64,000 nt of DNA from an uncultured Candidatus Saccharibacteria bacterium (GTDB taxonomy: Bacteria > Patescibacteriota > Minisyncoccia > Phycocordibacterales > UBA9973), in the NCBI GenBank assembly GCA_964646765.1, contig CAZYIA010000001.1, positions 151,339-215,338 of the forward strand. The letters run 5' to 3'. Shown piece by piece: positions 1 to 10,072 of the stretch. The first letter of the stretch is position 1. Every line of letters starts with the position of its first letter. Both the position numbers and the translations under genes were made by a program. The notes under the pieces are model-generated. The model had not been told where the DNA came from, made no database searches, and saw only the letters and a list, made by a program, of their open reading frames with translations.

Positions 1-284
1 CCGGTACACTCGTTATTTTGAACGGCCTCTTTGAGGTTATGGCAGGGGCTCTTCTTGCTCTCAATGTGTATGCCCAATATGTGGCACTACTCCTCGGTAT
101 CCACCTTTTTGTTATTGCGACGAGTCTGGGTTTGAACGCAACTGGAGTTCGCGATATTGGTCTCTCGCTTGCAACTATTTCACTCTTTTTCCTTAGTGGT
201 GCACAAAAAGAATCTTTACCAAGTTCTCCAGCAACTTCAGAACCATTTACTCCTAGTGTCATACGCCCACGTCCTCGCGTGTAG
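1..284 (+). CDS. 3' end of a hydrophobic membrane protein (gene starts upstream of window)
   Basis: ORF 18..284 is open to the window edge; translation is strongly hydrophobic (LLALNVYAQYVALLLGIHLFVIATSLGL..). No family recognised. Confidence 0.3.
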   Translation, partial: GTLVILNGLFEVMAGALLALNVYAQYVALLLGIHLFVIATSLGLNATGVRDIGLSLATISLFFLSGAQKESLPSSPATSEPFTPSVIRPRPRV

Positions 285-299
285 AGGTTTGTATCGCAC

Positions 300-356
300 C
301 CGAATAAAAAAAAAGAGCCGCTTACCACTAGATACTAGGGGAACGGCTCAAGACAT
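300..356 (-). terminator. Hairpin plus T-run read on the minus strand, terminator for the 90-aa ORF
   Basis: Minus-strand reading GAGCCGTTCCCCTAGTATCTAGTGGTAAGCGGCTC followed by TTTTTTTTTATT. Overlaps the stop of ORF 335..607. Confidence 0.4.
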
Positions 357-607
357 ACGGTTAGTTCGATTTCGTCAGGTTTTTCTGAAATAATTTTTGC
401 TTCATAGGTTCGGCCTGGATATAGACCAACTAATTTTTCGCACTTGAAGTAGGGGTTTTGTACCTTGAAGGTTTTGCCGATTTGTTCGTTTAAACCACTA
501 GTACATTCTGCCGTCCATAAACCTGGCAGAATTTTTACGGTTATTGTTTGTTCTGCCATCGATAGAATTTTTTCGCAATAGTAGCACGAAACGGAAATGA
601 AAATCAA
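335..607 (-). CDS. Hypothetical small protein (90 aa; alternative start at 559 giving MAEQTITVK..)
   Basis: ORF with its own minus-strand terminator; 4-nt overlap with the upstream PaaX-like gene (604..1134). No family recognised. Confidence 0.4.
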   Translation of the reverse strand: MIFISVSCYYCEKILSMAEQTITVKILPGLWTAECTSGLNEQIGKTFKVQNPYFKCEKLVGLYPGRTYEAKIISEKPDEIELTVCLEPFP

Positions 608-1134
608 AACAATTCGTTCAATAAAACTTTTTGTGTTTCCCCATCAAGTTCACTTGTAGAAAAAATCATCATCTCAGTAGTAAGCCCGAGATCTTTTTTA
701 ATGTTCATAAACAGATGCTCAAAAGGGTAGGGAGAAATCCATGCCGAATTTTTAAGCATCACAAACCCCGCTTTTTTTAATAGATAGCGAAGCGATTCTC
801 GTTCGGTTTTTCTTTCTTCAGGTAAATCAAGAAGAATAATTCGCCATTTCCCGTCCCAGCTTGGGTTAACGAGCGCCGTATCGGCATCTAGTCGGGCACT
901 ATGTGCTTTCTTTCGGCCTTCTTTTGTAAGTCGCGCATATTCATTCTGACCAGAAGAGACATGTTCGATAAAGCCAGCCTCTTTTAAGCCTTTTAGGGAG
1001 CGGGTAATGGCATATACAGGCTTCTTTGAAGAAGGATTTGGTTCTACCTTTTTTGCTAATTCAGGTAGGGAAATAGCCGGTTTTTCAGAGAGGATTTTTA
1101 GGATTTTCTTTGAAAAATCTTGCTTTTTTGACAT
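604..1134 (-). CDS. PaaX-like transcriptional regulator
   Basis: C-terminal region WDGKWRIILLDLPEERKTERESLRYLLKKAGFVMLKNSAWISPYP resembles the PaaX C-domain; N-terminal wHTH-like region. Confidence 0.55.
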   Translation of the reverse strand: MSKKQDFSKKILKILSEKPAISLPELAKKVEPNPSSKKPVYAITRSLKGLKEAGFIEHVSSGQNEYARLTKEGRKKAHSARLDADTALVNPSWDGKWRIILLDLPEERKTERESLRYLLKKAGFVMLKNSAWISPYPFEHLFMNIKKDLGLTTEMMIFSTSELDGETQKVLLNELF

Positions 1135-1173
1135 ATTTCACATATTAACATGCTTTTTGCGGTCGCGGAATAC

Positions 1174-1201
1174 TTGTCAAAAAGTTATCCACAAGTATAA
1201 T
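1174..1201 (+). promoter_or_regulatory. Sigma70-like promoter TTGTCA-N16-TATAAT for ORF 1246, containing a DnaA-box 9-mer
   Basis: TTGTCA at 1174..1179 and TATAAT at 1196..1201. TTATCCACA (perfect DnaA-box consensus) at 1185..1193 lies in the spacer. Flanked by a 7-bp inverted repeat CATGCTT/AAGCATG. Confidence 0.4.
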
Positions 1202-1245
1202 AAGCATGTTCAAGAATAAAAATTAGTAGAAATAACAGAAATACT

Positions 1246-1515
1246 ATGGTAGATCCAAAAAAAGTAGATTTTACTCAGCTACCAAAAAAGTTTTGCGATG
1301 GAGCCCTTGGAGCATTTAACAAAGAAGCAATCATGTTTTGTATTGCTTCAGGAAATGCCCTTGATTCATACGCCACAACTCCACAGGTAGCAAAAAGTAT
1401 CGCCCTTTTCTTTAATCAACAGATTGCAAATTACGAGAAGCAATACGGCACGATTGATATGACTGTGCCTGAAATTCCAAGTCCGTTACAATCATCAGAT
1501 TTAGATTCAAAATAA
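1246..1515 (+). CDS. Hypothetical protein (89 aa)
   Basis: ORF downstream of a consensus promoter, immediately upstream of dnaK. Confidence 0.4.
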   Translation: MVDPKKVDFTQLPKKFCDGALGAFNKEAIMFCIASGNALDSYATTPQVAKSIALFFNQQIANYEKQYGTIDMTVPEIPSPLQSSDLDSK

Positions 1516-1540
1516 TTAGTAGCTAAATTATAAAAAGTAT

Positions 1541-3421
1541 ATGTCCAAAATCATTGGTATCGACCTCGGTACAACAAACTCGGCAGTAGCCATCATCGAA
1601 GGTGGTGCGCCAAAAATAATTGAAAATGCTGAAGGCATGCGTACAACGCCTTCGATCGTCGCTGAATCAAAAACCGGCGAGCGTCTTGTTGGTGTCGTAG
1701 CAAAACGCCAGAGCGTTACTAACCCGAAGAACACTATCTACCAAATTAAGCGCTTTATCGGCCACAACTTCGACGAAGAGCAGGTACAGAAAGACCTTAA
1801 GCTCATTCCATTCGAAAGCCGCAAATCTGAAAACGGCGGCATTGAAGTGAAGATGGGTGAAAAGTGGTACCGTCCAGAAGAAATGTCAGCCATGATTCTT
1901 CAAAAGATCAAAGCTGATGTTGAAGCTCGTCTCGGTGAAAAAGTAACTGAAGCGGTGATTACCGTTCCAGCGTACTTTAACGACGCTCAGCGCCAGGCAA
2001 CTAAAGATGCTGGTAAAATTGCCGGCCTCGATGTAAAGCGTATCATCAATGAACCAACCGCTGCTGCACTTGCGTACGGTTTCAATAAAAACAAAAACGA
2101 AAAAATCGCCGTCTTTGACTTTGGTGGTGGAACCTTCGATGTTTCAATTCTTGAAGTTGGTGACGATGTTATCGAAGTAAAATCTACTGACGGTGACTCA
2201 CACCTCGGTGGTAAAGATATTGACCAGAAAATTATTGACTGGTTAGCAAATGGTTTCCAGCAGGAAAATGGTATCGATCTCCGAAAAGATGCGCTTGCTC
2301 GTCAGCGTCTTGACGATGCTGCTGAAAAAGCAAAGATCGAACTTTCAACCGCTGTCCAGACCGAAATTAATATCCCGTTCATCACTTCTGGTGAAGCTGG
2401 CCCACTTCACCTTGTTCGCACCATGACTCGCGCTGAGCTCGAATCGCTCACGCAGGAATTTATTGATCGCGCCATGATGATTACCAAGCGCGCCATCGAA
2501 GCTTCACCATTTAAGGTTGGCGAAATTAACGAAGTTATTTTGGTTGGTGGTCAAACTCGCATGCCAGCACTTCAAAATGCAGTGAAAGCATTCTTTGGTA
2601 AAGAGCCACATATGGGTGTAAATCCAGATGAAGTAGTTGCTCTCGGTGCTGCTGTGCAAGGTGGCGTGCTTAAAGGTGAAGTTCGCGACGTGCTTCTCCT
2701 CGATGTTATTCCGCTTTCTCTCGGTATTGAAACTCTTGGTGGTGTAGCAACTAAATTGATCGAAAAGAACACCACGATTCCAAGCTCAAAGTCGCAGGTA
2801 TTCTCAACGGCCGCCGATAACCAAACTTCAGTAGAAATTCATATCACCCAAGGTGAACGTCCAATGGCTGCTGACAACAAATCACTTGGTCGCTTTATCC
2901 TCGATGGTATTCCACCAGCTCCACGCGGTATGCCACAGGTTGAAGTTACCTTTGATGTTGATGCAAACGGTATTCTTAATGTGAAGGCAAAGGACAAGGC
3001 TTCAGGTAAAGAGCAGTCTATCCGCATTGAAGCTTCGTCGGGTCTTTCTAAGGAAGACATTGAAAAGATGCAGAAGGATGCTGAAATGCACGCTGAAGAA
3101 GACCAGAAAAAGAAAGATGCTGCTGAAGTGAAGAATACCGCTGAGATGATGATCTTTACTGCTGAAAAAGAACTTCGCGAATACGACGCAAAACTTCCAC
3201 AAGAAGTAAAGGATGACGTAAACGCAAAAGTTACTGCGCTCAAAGGCGTAAAAGATGGTGGCGATGCGGAAGTCATTAAAAAGGCGACTCAGGATCTCTC
3301 AGCTTCAATCTCAAAGATTGGTGAAGCAATACAAAAGGCTGGTGGAGCAGGTGCTAACCCAACTCCAGAGCAGCAAAATCCTGAAGTGAATCCGGAAGGA
3401 GGCGAACAGCCAAAACAGTAA
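1541..3421 (+). CDS. dnaK: Molecular chaperone DnaK (Hsp70)
   Basis: N-terminus [23 protein letters not shown], and full-length Hsp70 signature motifs; 626 aa. Confidence 0.97.
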   Translation: MSKIIGIDLGTTNSAVAIIEGGAPKIIENAEGMRTTPSIVAESKTGERLVGVVAKRQSVTNPKNTIYQIKRFIGHNFDEEQVQKDLKLIPFESRKSENGGIEVKMGEKWYRPEEMSAMILQKIKADVEARLGEKVTEAVITVPAYFNDAQRQATKDAGKIAGLDVKRIINEPTAAALAYGFNKNKNEKIAVFDFGGGTFDVSILEVGDDVIEVKSTDGDSHLGGKDIDQKIIDWLANGFQQENGIDLRKDALARQRLDDAAEKAKIELSTAVQTEINIPFITSGEAGPLHLVRTMTRAELESLTQEFIDRAMMITKRAIEASPFKVGEINEVILVGGQTRMPALQNAVKAFFGKEPHMGVNPDEVVALGAAVQGGVLKGEVRDVLLLDVIPLSLGIETLGGVATKLIEKNTTIPSSKSQVFSTAADNQTSVEIHITQGERPMAADNKSLGRFILDGIPPAPRGMPQVEVTFDVDANGILNVKAKDKASGKEQSIRIEASSGLSKEDIEKMQKDAEMHAEEDQKKKDAAEVKNTAEMMIFTAEKELREYDAKLPQEVKDDVNAKVTALKGVKDGGDAEVIKKATQDLSASISKIGEAIQKAGGAGANPTPEQQNPEVNPEGGEQPKQ

Positions 3422-3428
3422 GAATGGT

Positions 3429-3452
3429 GCGCCGCGGGGTTACCCGCGGCGC
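3429..3452 (+). terminator. GC-rich perfect hairpin immediately after dnaK (terminator or attenuator)
   Basis: GCGCCGCGGGG-TTA-CCCGCGGCGC, a stem of about 10 bp, followed by a weakly T-rich tract. Confidence 0.4.
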
Positions 3453-3477
3453 TGTCGTTCTGTGCTATATTTTCTCC

Positions 3478-4113
3478 ATGATTAAAGCAGTTCTATTTGA
3501 CGTTGACGGTGTACTCCTTGATTCATTTGAGGCTAATCGCAAATTCTTAAACGACTATCGAGTCCTGAAAGGTCTTGCACCCCTCACTGCAGATGAATTT
3601 ACTGCCATGAAAGCTTTTCATCTTCCATTCAGAGAAACGATTCGCCAGACATTTGGAATAGAAACTCTTGAAGGAGCTCTTGAGCTCATTGAGTACGGCA
3701 GGCAGCAGGGAATTACTTACGCTACTGAATTGGTTGGTGTGCCAGAGGGTATTCACGAAGCTCTCGATCATCTGAAAGGAAAATATGTACTCGGTATCGT
3801 CAGTAGCCGTCGTGCTATTACGGTTGAGAATATTCCACTTCTAAAATCGCTCATGTCATACTTCCAAACAGCAGTGTTTGTAGAAGATGTAAAAAATACT
3901 AAACCTCACCCTGAGCCGCTTCTGATTGCCGCTGAACGGTTAGGGTTACAGCCAGAAGAATGTGTCTACATCGGTGATGCCGAAACCGATATGCATGCCG
4001 CTGAAGCTGCCGGCATGGGCATGATTACCTTCGCCGATGATGTGAAAGGAAATGCCACACTCGCAACCAAAGCCTTCCTTGAATTACCCGAACTAATTGA
4101 AAAACTTTCATGA
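3478..4113 (+). CDS. HAD-superfamily hydrolase (subfamily IA-like)
   Basis: MIKAVLFDVDGVLLDS motif I; start moved to the internal ATG at 3478 (the ORF track begins at 3424); GDAETD motif IV. Confidence 0.8.
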   Translation: MIKAVLFDVDGVLLDSFEANRKFLNDYRVLKGLAPLTADEFTAMKAFHLPFRETIRQTFGIETLEGALELIEYGRQQGITYATELVGVPEGIHEALDHLKGKYVLGIVSSRRAITVENIPLLKSLMSYFQTAVFVEDVKNTKPHPEPLLIAAERLGLQPEECVYIGDAETDMHAAEAAGMGMITFADDVKGNATLATKAFLELPELIEKLS

Positions 4114-4661
4114 CAAACAAAGCTATTTTTGCCGGCGGTTGCTTTTGGTGTACCGAACACGATCTCCGAGCAATCCCGGGAGTGACTGATGTTGTTTCTG
4201 GTTACACAGGTGACTCAGCCGAAACAGCGAGCTACGAGCAAGTAGCAACGCATACAACGCATCATCGCGAAAGTGTTGAAGTAACGTATGACTCTGATAA
4301 AACCAGTTTCAAAAAGCTCACTCAATTTTTCCTCGATCATATCGATCCAACCGATGCTGGCGGCCAATTTTATGATCGTGGTGAAAGCTACAAAACTGCT
4401 ATCTACTTCCAAAACCCTGAAGAAGAAAAAATCGCCAATGATCTTATTAAAGAATTAGGCGAAAGCGGTATCTACAACAAACCAATCGTTGTGGATGTTT
4501 TGCCAGCACAACCTTTCTATAAGGCCGAAGAATTTCACCAAAACTACGCCGAAAAAAATCCTGCGCATTACGCTTCATACCGTAAAGGCTCAGGCAAAGA
4601 AGATTTCGTCAATAACGTCTGCATTATTCGCGACGAAAAACAGATGCACTGGAAAGACTAG
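4110..4661 (+). CDS. msrA: Peptide methionine sulfoxide reductase MsrA
   Basis: AIFAGGCFWCTEHDL catalytic motif; ATGA overlap with the upstream gene. Confidence 0.9.
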   Translation: MTNKAIFAGGCFWCTEHDLRAIPGVTDVVSGYTGDSAETASYEQVATHTTHHRESVEVTYDSDKTSFKKLTQFFLDHIDPTDAGGQFYDRGESYKTAIYFQNPEEEKIANDLIKELGESGIYNKPIVVDVLPAQPFYKAEEFHQNYAEKNPAHYASYRKGSGKEDFVNNVCIIRDEKQMHWKD

Positions 4662-4679
4662 ATTTGTTATTATACGCAT

Positions 4680-5792
4680 ATGGGAATCGAAAGTGGTTTT
4701 GGCCGACCAAAAACAAAAGAAGAGCTAGAAAATCAACTTAAAAAAGTTGAGGACAAAATAGGTAAGCCTTTAGTTGCTGAAGATGCACGTGAAGAAGCAC
4801 TCACGCTTTCTACCGACGAGTTAGCTGCTCGTTTCCCTGAAGAATATCCTCTTTACTTTAAGAACCTAACTGGGCGATCACTACAAACAAAAGAATCATC
4901 TGCAGAGGTTTCTTATACATCCGAAGAATTAGGGCTAGCTCGTTCTGGTCTTGCTGGTGTTGCAAAAGTTTCAAAAGAACTCTTAGAAAAAATTGAATCA
5001 GACGCCAATATTAAAGCGTACAGTCCACTCGTACTTTTCCCAGAAATAAGTGAACGTGTGTATGATAAAAAAGAAAAACCAGAAATTACTCGTCTGCCAG
5101 CCCAAACACGAGGCCGAGCATTCAAGTGTGTGTTTAAAGATGAAACTTTTGTCATAAAACAAGTAGAAAATAATAATGAATCAAATATTGCTGCAATTGC
5201 TTCAGAGCTCGGTATTGGTCCTCATCAGTATGAATCTGTACAGGGGTATGTAACTGAAACGTGGATTGAAGGTTCACCAATTGCAAAGCTTAAAGAAGAA
5301 GAGGCTACTGCTGAACTAATGGAAGATCTAGGAAAGAAGATCGGTGCTGCATTGAAAAAACTCCACGAACGAAATATCATATTTAATGATCAGTTGATCC
5401 GAGACGACTTTAGTCGTTCGCATGTAATAGTTACCCCCGAAAAGGAAGTTCGGTTTATAGATTTTGGTGCCGCGGTTGATCTTAGCAACTTTCCAGAATT
5501 GTCTGACGAAGATTTGTACACACTTGCCCGTACCGAATCTTCATTCGAAGTTCAAATGGCTCTTAAAGATATTCAATTTGAACAAGATCCTACTATTCAA
5601 CAAAAAAGAACAGCTGAATTCTTGGCAAAATACCGCCAGCAACTGAGTCAATTTGCAAATGCTCAAGAATTAATCAAAGCAAAAGATACTCAACTTTTAA
5701 ACGAAGGCATTTATTTTCTTGGGCATGTACTTCCTAATACAACTTCTTTTGCGCGGGGTATCCAATCCACCTTGTATGAGCAAGGGGCTTAA
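4680..5792 (+). CDS. Hypothetical protein with a possible atypical-kinase-like C-terminal core
   Basis: HERNIIFNDQLIRDDFSRSHVIVTPEKEVRFIDFGAA resembles the catalytic-loop plus DFG arrangement of Bud32/RIO/Kdo-type kinases. Weak. Confidence 0.45.
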   Translation: MGIESGFGRPKTKEELENQLKKVEDKIGKPLVAEDAREEALTLSTDELAARFPEEYPLYFKNLTGRSLQTKESSAEVSYTSEELGLARSGLAGVAKVSKELLEKIESDANIKAYSPLVLFPEISERVYDKKEKPEITRLPAQTRGRAFKCVFKDETFVIKQVENNNESNIAAIASELGIGPHQYESVQGYVTETWIEGSPIAKLKEEEATAELMEDLGKKIGAALKKLHERNIIFNDQLIRDDFSRSHVIVTPEKEVRFIDFGAAVDLSNFPELSDEDLYTLARTESSFEVQMALKDIQFEQDPTIQQKRTAEFLAKYRQQLSQFANAQELIKAKDTQLLNEGIYFLGHVLPNTTSFARGIQSTLYEQGA

Positions 5793-5956
5793 TACTGGCT
5801 TAATTTAAATCCAAGCCAAATACCCAAAATTCCGCCAACTGCGGAAAGGAGAATTGAAGAAATCGAAAACATGCTAGCGCCCCAGAGGCCGGGTATTGCT
5901 CCACCGATAGTTGAGCCGATAAATAATCCGAGCCAAACAAAAGGTTTTGCATTCAT
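5789..5956 (-). CDS. Small hydrophobic membrane protein (55 aa), not in the ORF track
   Basis: Manual translation MNAKPFVWLGLFIGSTIGGAIPGLWGASMFSISSILLSAVGGILGIWLGFKLSQY; fills an otherwise empty gap; coordinates +/-1. Confidence 0.35.
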   Translation of the reverse strand: MNAKPFVWLGLFIGSTIGGAIPGLWGASMFSISSILLSAVGGILGIWLGFKLSQY

Positions 5957-5971
5957 AGTGCAAGTATAGCA

Positions 5972-6712
5972 CTAGGCTTTTTTATGACGCACGACAATGA
6001 TGTTTTTATGCACCACGGGCACTTCTTGGTAGGGGCCAGTAGGGTAGTCTCGTAATGCTGTATCAATTACCGAAACTGAGTAACGGTATCCGTCACCATG
6101 GTTTGTTCCTGAATCGTTGGTAATAAATTCGTTTGTTTTTGGGTCAAATCCTTTTACCACGAGGGTGTGATAGGCCGAACCGTGCGGGTAGTACGGGTTA
6201 TGGAGCAGTTTTCCATTCGTATAAATAATTATCACATTGCCGTTTTGAAGTTCTGTTTTGATATCGTCCACAGTGACGTCTTTTCGGAGTTCTATATCAT
6301 CATATGCGTAATATTCCTTCATCAGGTTGGTGAGATCTTCTGCTGAAATGTTCCAATAGAATGCTCCTTCTTTTTTCTCTTCGAGTTTCGTGAGGCCAGT
6401 AATATCCTTCGCAGCATTTTCGGGGGTAAGGGGAATATCCAGTGCCCAGTGCATAGCCATCACCGCATCAGCTTCTTCGCAACCGTGTTGAAATACAGGA
6501 TTTTTCCAGTTACCGTCTGGTGCTTGAGTAGTAAAAGTAACCGGAATTAAAACTGGCTCATTAGCCTTCTTGGCTTCTTCCGCCGCCTTTTCAATCGCCA
6601 GTTTCTTTTGCCCAACTGTTCGGGTGGCAAACAAAAGCCCTAATACCACAAGTACGATTACCAGGCCAGCTATAAGATTTTTTCGTGACTGCCAAAAGCT
6701 TCTCATGGTCAT
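5972..6712 (-). CDS. Membrane-anchored putative papain-like (C39-like) cysteine peptidase
   Basis: N-terminal TM helix. FQHGCEEADAVMAMHWAL (Cys motif) and a later YHTLVVKGFD (His) are consistent with a Peptidase_C39_2-like fold. Inference only. Confidence 0.4.
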   Translation of the reverse strand: MTMRSFWQSRKNLIAGLVIVLVVLGLLFATRTVGQKKLAIEKAAEEAKKANEPVLIPVTFTTQAPDGNWKNPVFQHGCEEADAVMAMHWALDIPLTPENAAKDITGLTKLEEKKEGAFYWNISAEDLTNLMKEYYAYDDIELRKDVTVDDIKTELQNGNVIIIYTNGKLLHNPYYPHGSAYHTLVVKGFDPKTNEFITNDSGTNHGDGYRYSVSVIDTALRDYPTGPYQEVPVVHKNIIVVRHKKA

Positions 6713-6769
6713 TAATTATATAGAGAGCAGTTAAAACATAAAAGGACACCACTAAATTTAAAAATATTT

Positions 6770-6805
6770 TATATACAATTCTCACCCGGGTGAGAATTGT
6801 ATATA
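6770..6805. repeat. 36-bp perfect palindrome centred on CCCGGG in a divergent promoter region
   Basis: TATATACAATTCTCACCCGGGTGAGAATTGTATATA; all 18 bp on each arm verified complementary. Confidence 0.6.
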
Positions 6806-6927
6806 TTTTTTATTTAAATTTAAGATTAAATTTTTTTAAAAAAGAAATAGGAGATTTTTGAAGAGTTTTTCCACATTAAACTTTAAAATTTAATTTTCTA
6901 TTACCTCAAACTTCCTACAGTTTTAAT

Positions 6928-9900
6928 ATGGAGGTTAAAAAATTTTTGCAGGCATATTTTGCGCTGTTTCTCGTTGTGTTTTTTATTAGTTTTCTCTCAT
7001 TACCAGTATCAGCTAAAGCATCGACTCTTGTTGATACAGATATAACAGCTGATACCATATGGACTACTTCAGGAGACCCATATATTATTTCTGGACCAAT
7101 TTCAATTTCAGAACAGGCCACTCTCACCATCTCAAAAGGTGTGATAGTTAAGTTTCTTGATCCGTTATCGAGCCTGACAGTTTCAGGAGCTCTCCTAGCT
7201 CAGGGAACTAAAAATAAGCCAATTTATTTTACCTCGTACCAAGATGACACCATTGGTGGGGATACAAACCATGACTACCAAGATTCACTACCGTATCCAG
7301 GAGATTGGGACGGTATTGTTTTTGATAATACTGGTACATCAAGTTCACTTTTAAACGTTAAAATTACCTACGCTGAGAATGGTGTCACTGTTTGGGGAGC
7401 CCATTTAGTAGGAGAAAACATTTCCTGCTTAAATACTAATGGATGTTTTAATGTTTCAAATGGGGAATTATCGATCAATGGATTTCTCTCAGAAGGAGTT
7501 TCAGGAACTATATTCAATTTATATCAAAGTTCACTTTCTTTGGGGCAAGCGCTGATCCATAATATAGAAATAAGTCTTAATCCTTTTGCTCAATATATTA
7601 TTGACGGCTATGCCAGTAATGTTTCGCTCAATAATGTAACTATTGGTACAGTACCTGATCCGGTAAATGGAATAACTTTATTTAGTGGAAGTTCATTTCA
7701 AGCATCTAATTTAACTTTTGACTCACAGAGCAGTCGTGACGCCATAACGATTTTTAATGACAGCACCATTTCTCTTACTGATACTGTAATTAAAAAAACA
7801 ACCCCAGGGTTCTATGAGAGTGGGCTCTTGTTTTTCAATCATGCCGAAGCGGTGCTTACTAATGTAAAGGTTAATGGATTTGGTAACACAGGTATTTATG
7901 ATCTCGGATCGCAGAGTGGTTTTGGATCAAATGTGCTTTCGATGAATCGTGTTGAAGTTGACCATAATAATATTGGTTTTGGAGTTGATGATGGATTAGT
8001 GACACATGTAACAGACGTTTCAGTGCACAATAACGGCTATGCGCTCTTTGCTTATACAGATGTTCCCGTGGAATTTAAAAATGTGTGGTGGGGAAGTGAA
8101 AGTGGTCCAAATTATACGACAACCCCAACAGGAAGTAACAATGAAGTTTTTGGGCTTATAGACTATACGCCATGGGCAACAATTGATCCGTTTAATCCAG
8201 TTCCGACACAGTACTTTGCCAAAATTACAAGTATTCCTGGTGGAGTCGCAAAACTTTATGAATCTCCAAGTATAAGTGGGATATTAGTAAAAACTCTACC
8301 AAATGATTGGGTCGTGAAAGTGATTCAAAGAACACTTGATAATGGTCAGCCAGCAATTTCTGATGGTTATCGATGGTATAAGGTTGAAGATCCAACAGAT
8401 GGTTCGCAAATGTGGATGTTTGCTGGGCCAGAAATCGGCGCCGGTTCGCCATTTTTGCCATATGACTCAAGTTTGCAACAAAATTTACAGCATATTTCTT
8501 CTGATATTTTAAACACGAAAGCGTTGCGACGAGAAGCAATCCTAGAAGCGGTAGATCATTACTATAATGATACGAGTACCAACCCGTCATTGTATAGTTC
8601 GGATGATTCTCAAACAATTTCACTTCTTAAACAAATAAACATGCCAAAAGAAGTTTTACTAGCAATTATTTCCCAAGAATCTGGAATAGTAAATTTTGAT
8701 AATGAGAATGTGAGTTATGACTACGGTCACGGAGCGATGCAGATAACATTTAAAGCGTGGTCAAATGAAAATACCGCTAAAGGATATTCATATAAGAATA
8801 ATGATTGGGATAATCGAGGAGCGATGAGTCTAGTTACGCTAAGTAAATGTAAAAATTGGGATAAAAATATTTCCGGAATACAAAAAGGTGTAAATGATTA
8901 TGAAAGATGTTACGAAAATGCTGGAGGATATAATAAACTTCTAAAACCATATAAAAATTATGAGGATATTTCTACAAATCCAAGATATAAGCAATATACA
9001 AATACAGTCCAGTCGTTTTACGCGAATATTAAGGATGGACTTGGAGACCTTAGTAAGAAGTTTAATCTAACTCGTTCATGCCCTCATTCTAGTTTTACTA
9101 TTGAAAGTCTTACTTTCTCTTGTGAAGATGTACAGAAAATTCTTATGGTGTGGGCATATAACGGTCTCGGATTTGATAAAAAAACGAATCAATATACCGG
9201 AACTTACCTTCATGATATTTCGCAGAAACTAGCTAGTTTAAATAAAAATTTCTCTGGTATCAACTATTCCAATACAGACCAACTTATAGAAAAACTTGAG
9301 GTTGCTAATAAAAACAGAAAAACTATCAAAGTGTATAGTCCTGTAAAATTAAAAGTAACTGACTCAGAAGGGGATATTACGGGAATAAATGATGGTTTAG
9401 CAGTAGTTGATATTCCTAATTCAGTTTACGATGCTGATGCCGAAGCTGTCACTATTTTATTTCCAGAAGATACCTACGCATACCAGGTAGTGGGAGATTC
9501 TCAAGGAGGTTCTTATGGTCTTTCAGTCGAAAGTCTTAATAATAATGTAAAGATAAATTTCCTAGCAACAGATATTCCAATTACAACAGGTGAAATTCAT
9601 ACATATCATATCGACGAAGCTGCGCTGGCTTCGGGTGAAGATGGGGTAATGGTAGATATAGATAAGAATGGTGATGGTATTCCAGAGCGCACAGTTATGG
9701 CTGGACCAAAGCTTACCAGTCTCTCATATCAGTTTGATGGTTTTAAACCCCTACTTGATGGTAAGACATTCAAAAAGAACAAATCGCTTAATATTAAGTT
9801 TAGAGTGAAATCAAAAAATGGTATCCTTGTTCCATTACTTCATCCAACACTTTCAATTGTAAGAATTTCAGACGGTTTTCATGCAGATGTAAACCCAAGT

Positions 9901-10071
9901 ACATTCGAAGAAGATCCTGATTGCGATCCAGATGATAACTGCTTTAAAGGAAATCATAATCGCTACCGGTATATTCTTCCAGGAAGTACTCTCACACCTG
10001 GTACTTGGAAAGTCACGGTAGGATTAGATGATGGGAGTAGTTATAGTGCGGTAATAAATATCATCAACTAA
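6928..10071 (+). CDS. Secreted 1047-aa multidomain cell-wall-targeting protein: signal peptide, beta-helix region, SH3b-like domain, SLT lytic transglycosylase domain, C-terminal Ca-binding-like region
   Basis: N-terminal signal (LSLPVSAKAS). Repeated NGxT/NNIGFGVDDG pectate-lyase-type repeats. SH3b-like YFAKITSIPGGVAKLYESPSISG..YRWYKV. SLT motif LLAIISQESG..GHGAMQIT. DKNGDGIPE loop. Confidence 0.75.
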   Translation: MEVKKFLQAYFALFLVVFFISFLSLPVSAKASTLVDTDITADTIWTTSGDPYIISGPISISEQATLTISKGVIVKFLDPLSSLTVSGALLAQGTKNKPIYFTSYQDDTIGGDTNHDYQDSLPYPGDWDGIVFDNTGTSSSLLNVKITYAENGVTVWGAHLVGENISCLNTNGCFNVSNGELSINGFLSEGVSGTIFNLYQSSLSLGQALIHNIEISLNPFAQYIIDGYASNVSLNNVTIGTVPDPVNGITLFSGSSFQASNLTFDSQSSRDAITIFNDSTISLTDTVIKKTTPGFYESGLLFFNHAEAVLTNVKVNGFGNTGIYDLGSQSGFGSNVLSMNRVEVDHNNIGFGVDDGLVTHVTDVSVHNNGYALFAYTDVPVEFKNVWWGSESGPNYTTTPTGSNNEVFGLIDYTPWATIDPFNPVPTQYFAKITSIPGGVAKLYESPSISGILVKTLPNDWVVKVIQRTLDNGQPAISDGYRWYKVEDPTDGSQMWMFAGPEIGAGSPFLPYDSSLQQNLQHISSDILNTKALRREAILEAVDHYYNDTSTNPSLYSSDDSQTISLLKQINMPKEVLLAIISQESGIVNFDNENVSYDYGHGAMQITFKAWSNENTAKGYSYKNNDWDNRGAMSLVTLSKCKNWDKNISGIQKGVNDYERCYENAGGYNKLLKPYKNYEDISTNPRYKQYTNTVQSFYANIKDGLGDLSKKFNLTRSCPHSSFTIESLTFSCEDVQKILMVWAYNGLGFDKKTNQYTGTYLHDISQKLASLNKNFSGINYSNTDQLIEKLEVANKNRKTIKVYSPVKLKVTDSEGDITGINDGLAVVDIPNSVYDADAEAVTILFPEDTYAYQVVGDSQGGSYGLSVESLNNNVKINFLATDIPITTGEIHTYHIDEAALASGEDGVMVDIDKNGDGIPERTVMAGPKLTSLSYQFDGFKPLLDGKTFKKNKSLNIKFRVKSKNGILVPLLHPTLSIVRISDGFHADVNPSTFEEDPDCDPDDNCFKGNHNRYRYILPGSTLTPGTWKVTVGLDDGSSYSAVINIIN

Positions 10072-10072
10072 T

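Noticed and set aside
2572-3276. Antisense ORFs inside dnaK (2572..2775, 2839..3276, 3002..3202)
   Set aside because: They are entirely embedded opposite a highly conserved Hsp70 gene. The translations are Ser/Ala/Thr-rich and low-complexity, which is typical of spurious ORFs.
8225-8623. 132-aa minus-strand ORF
   Set aside because: Embedded antisense within the SH3b/SLT region of the 1047-aa gene; no signals.
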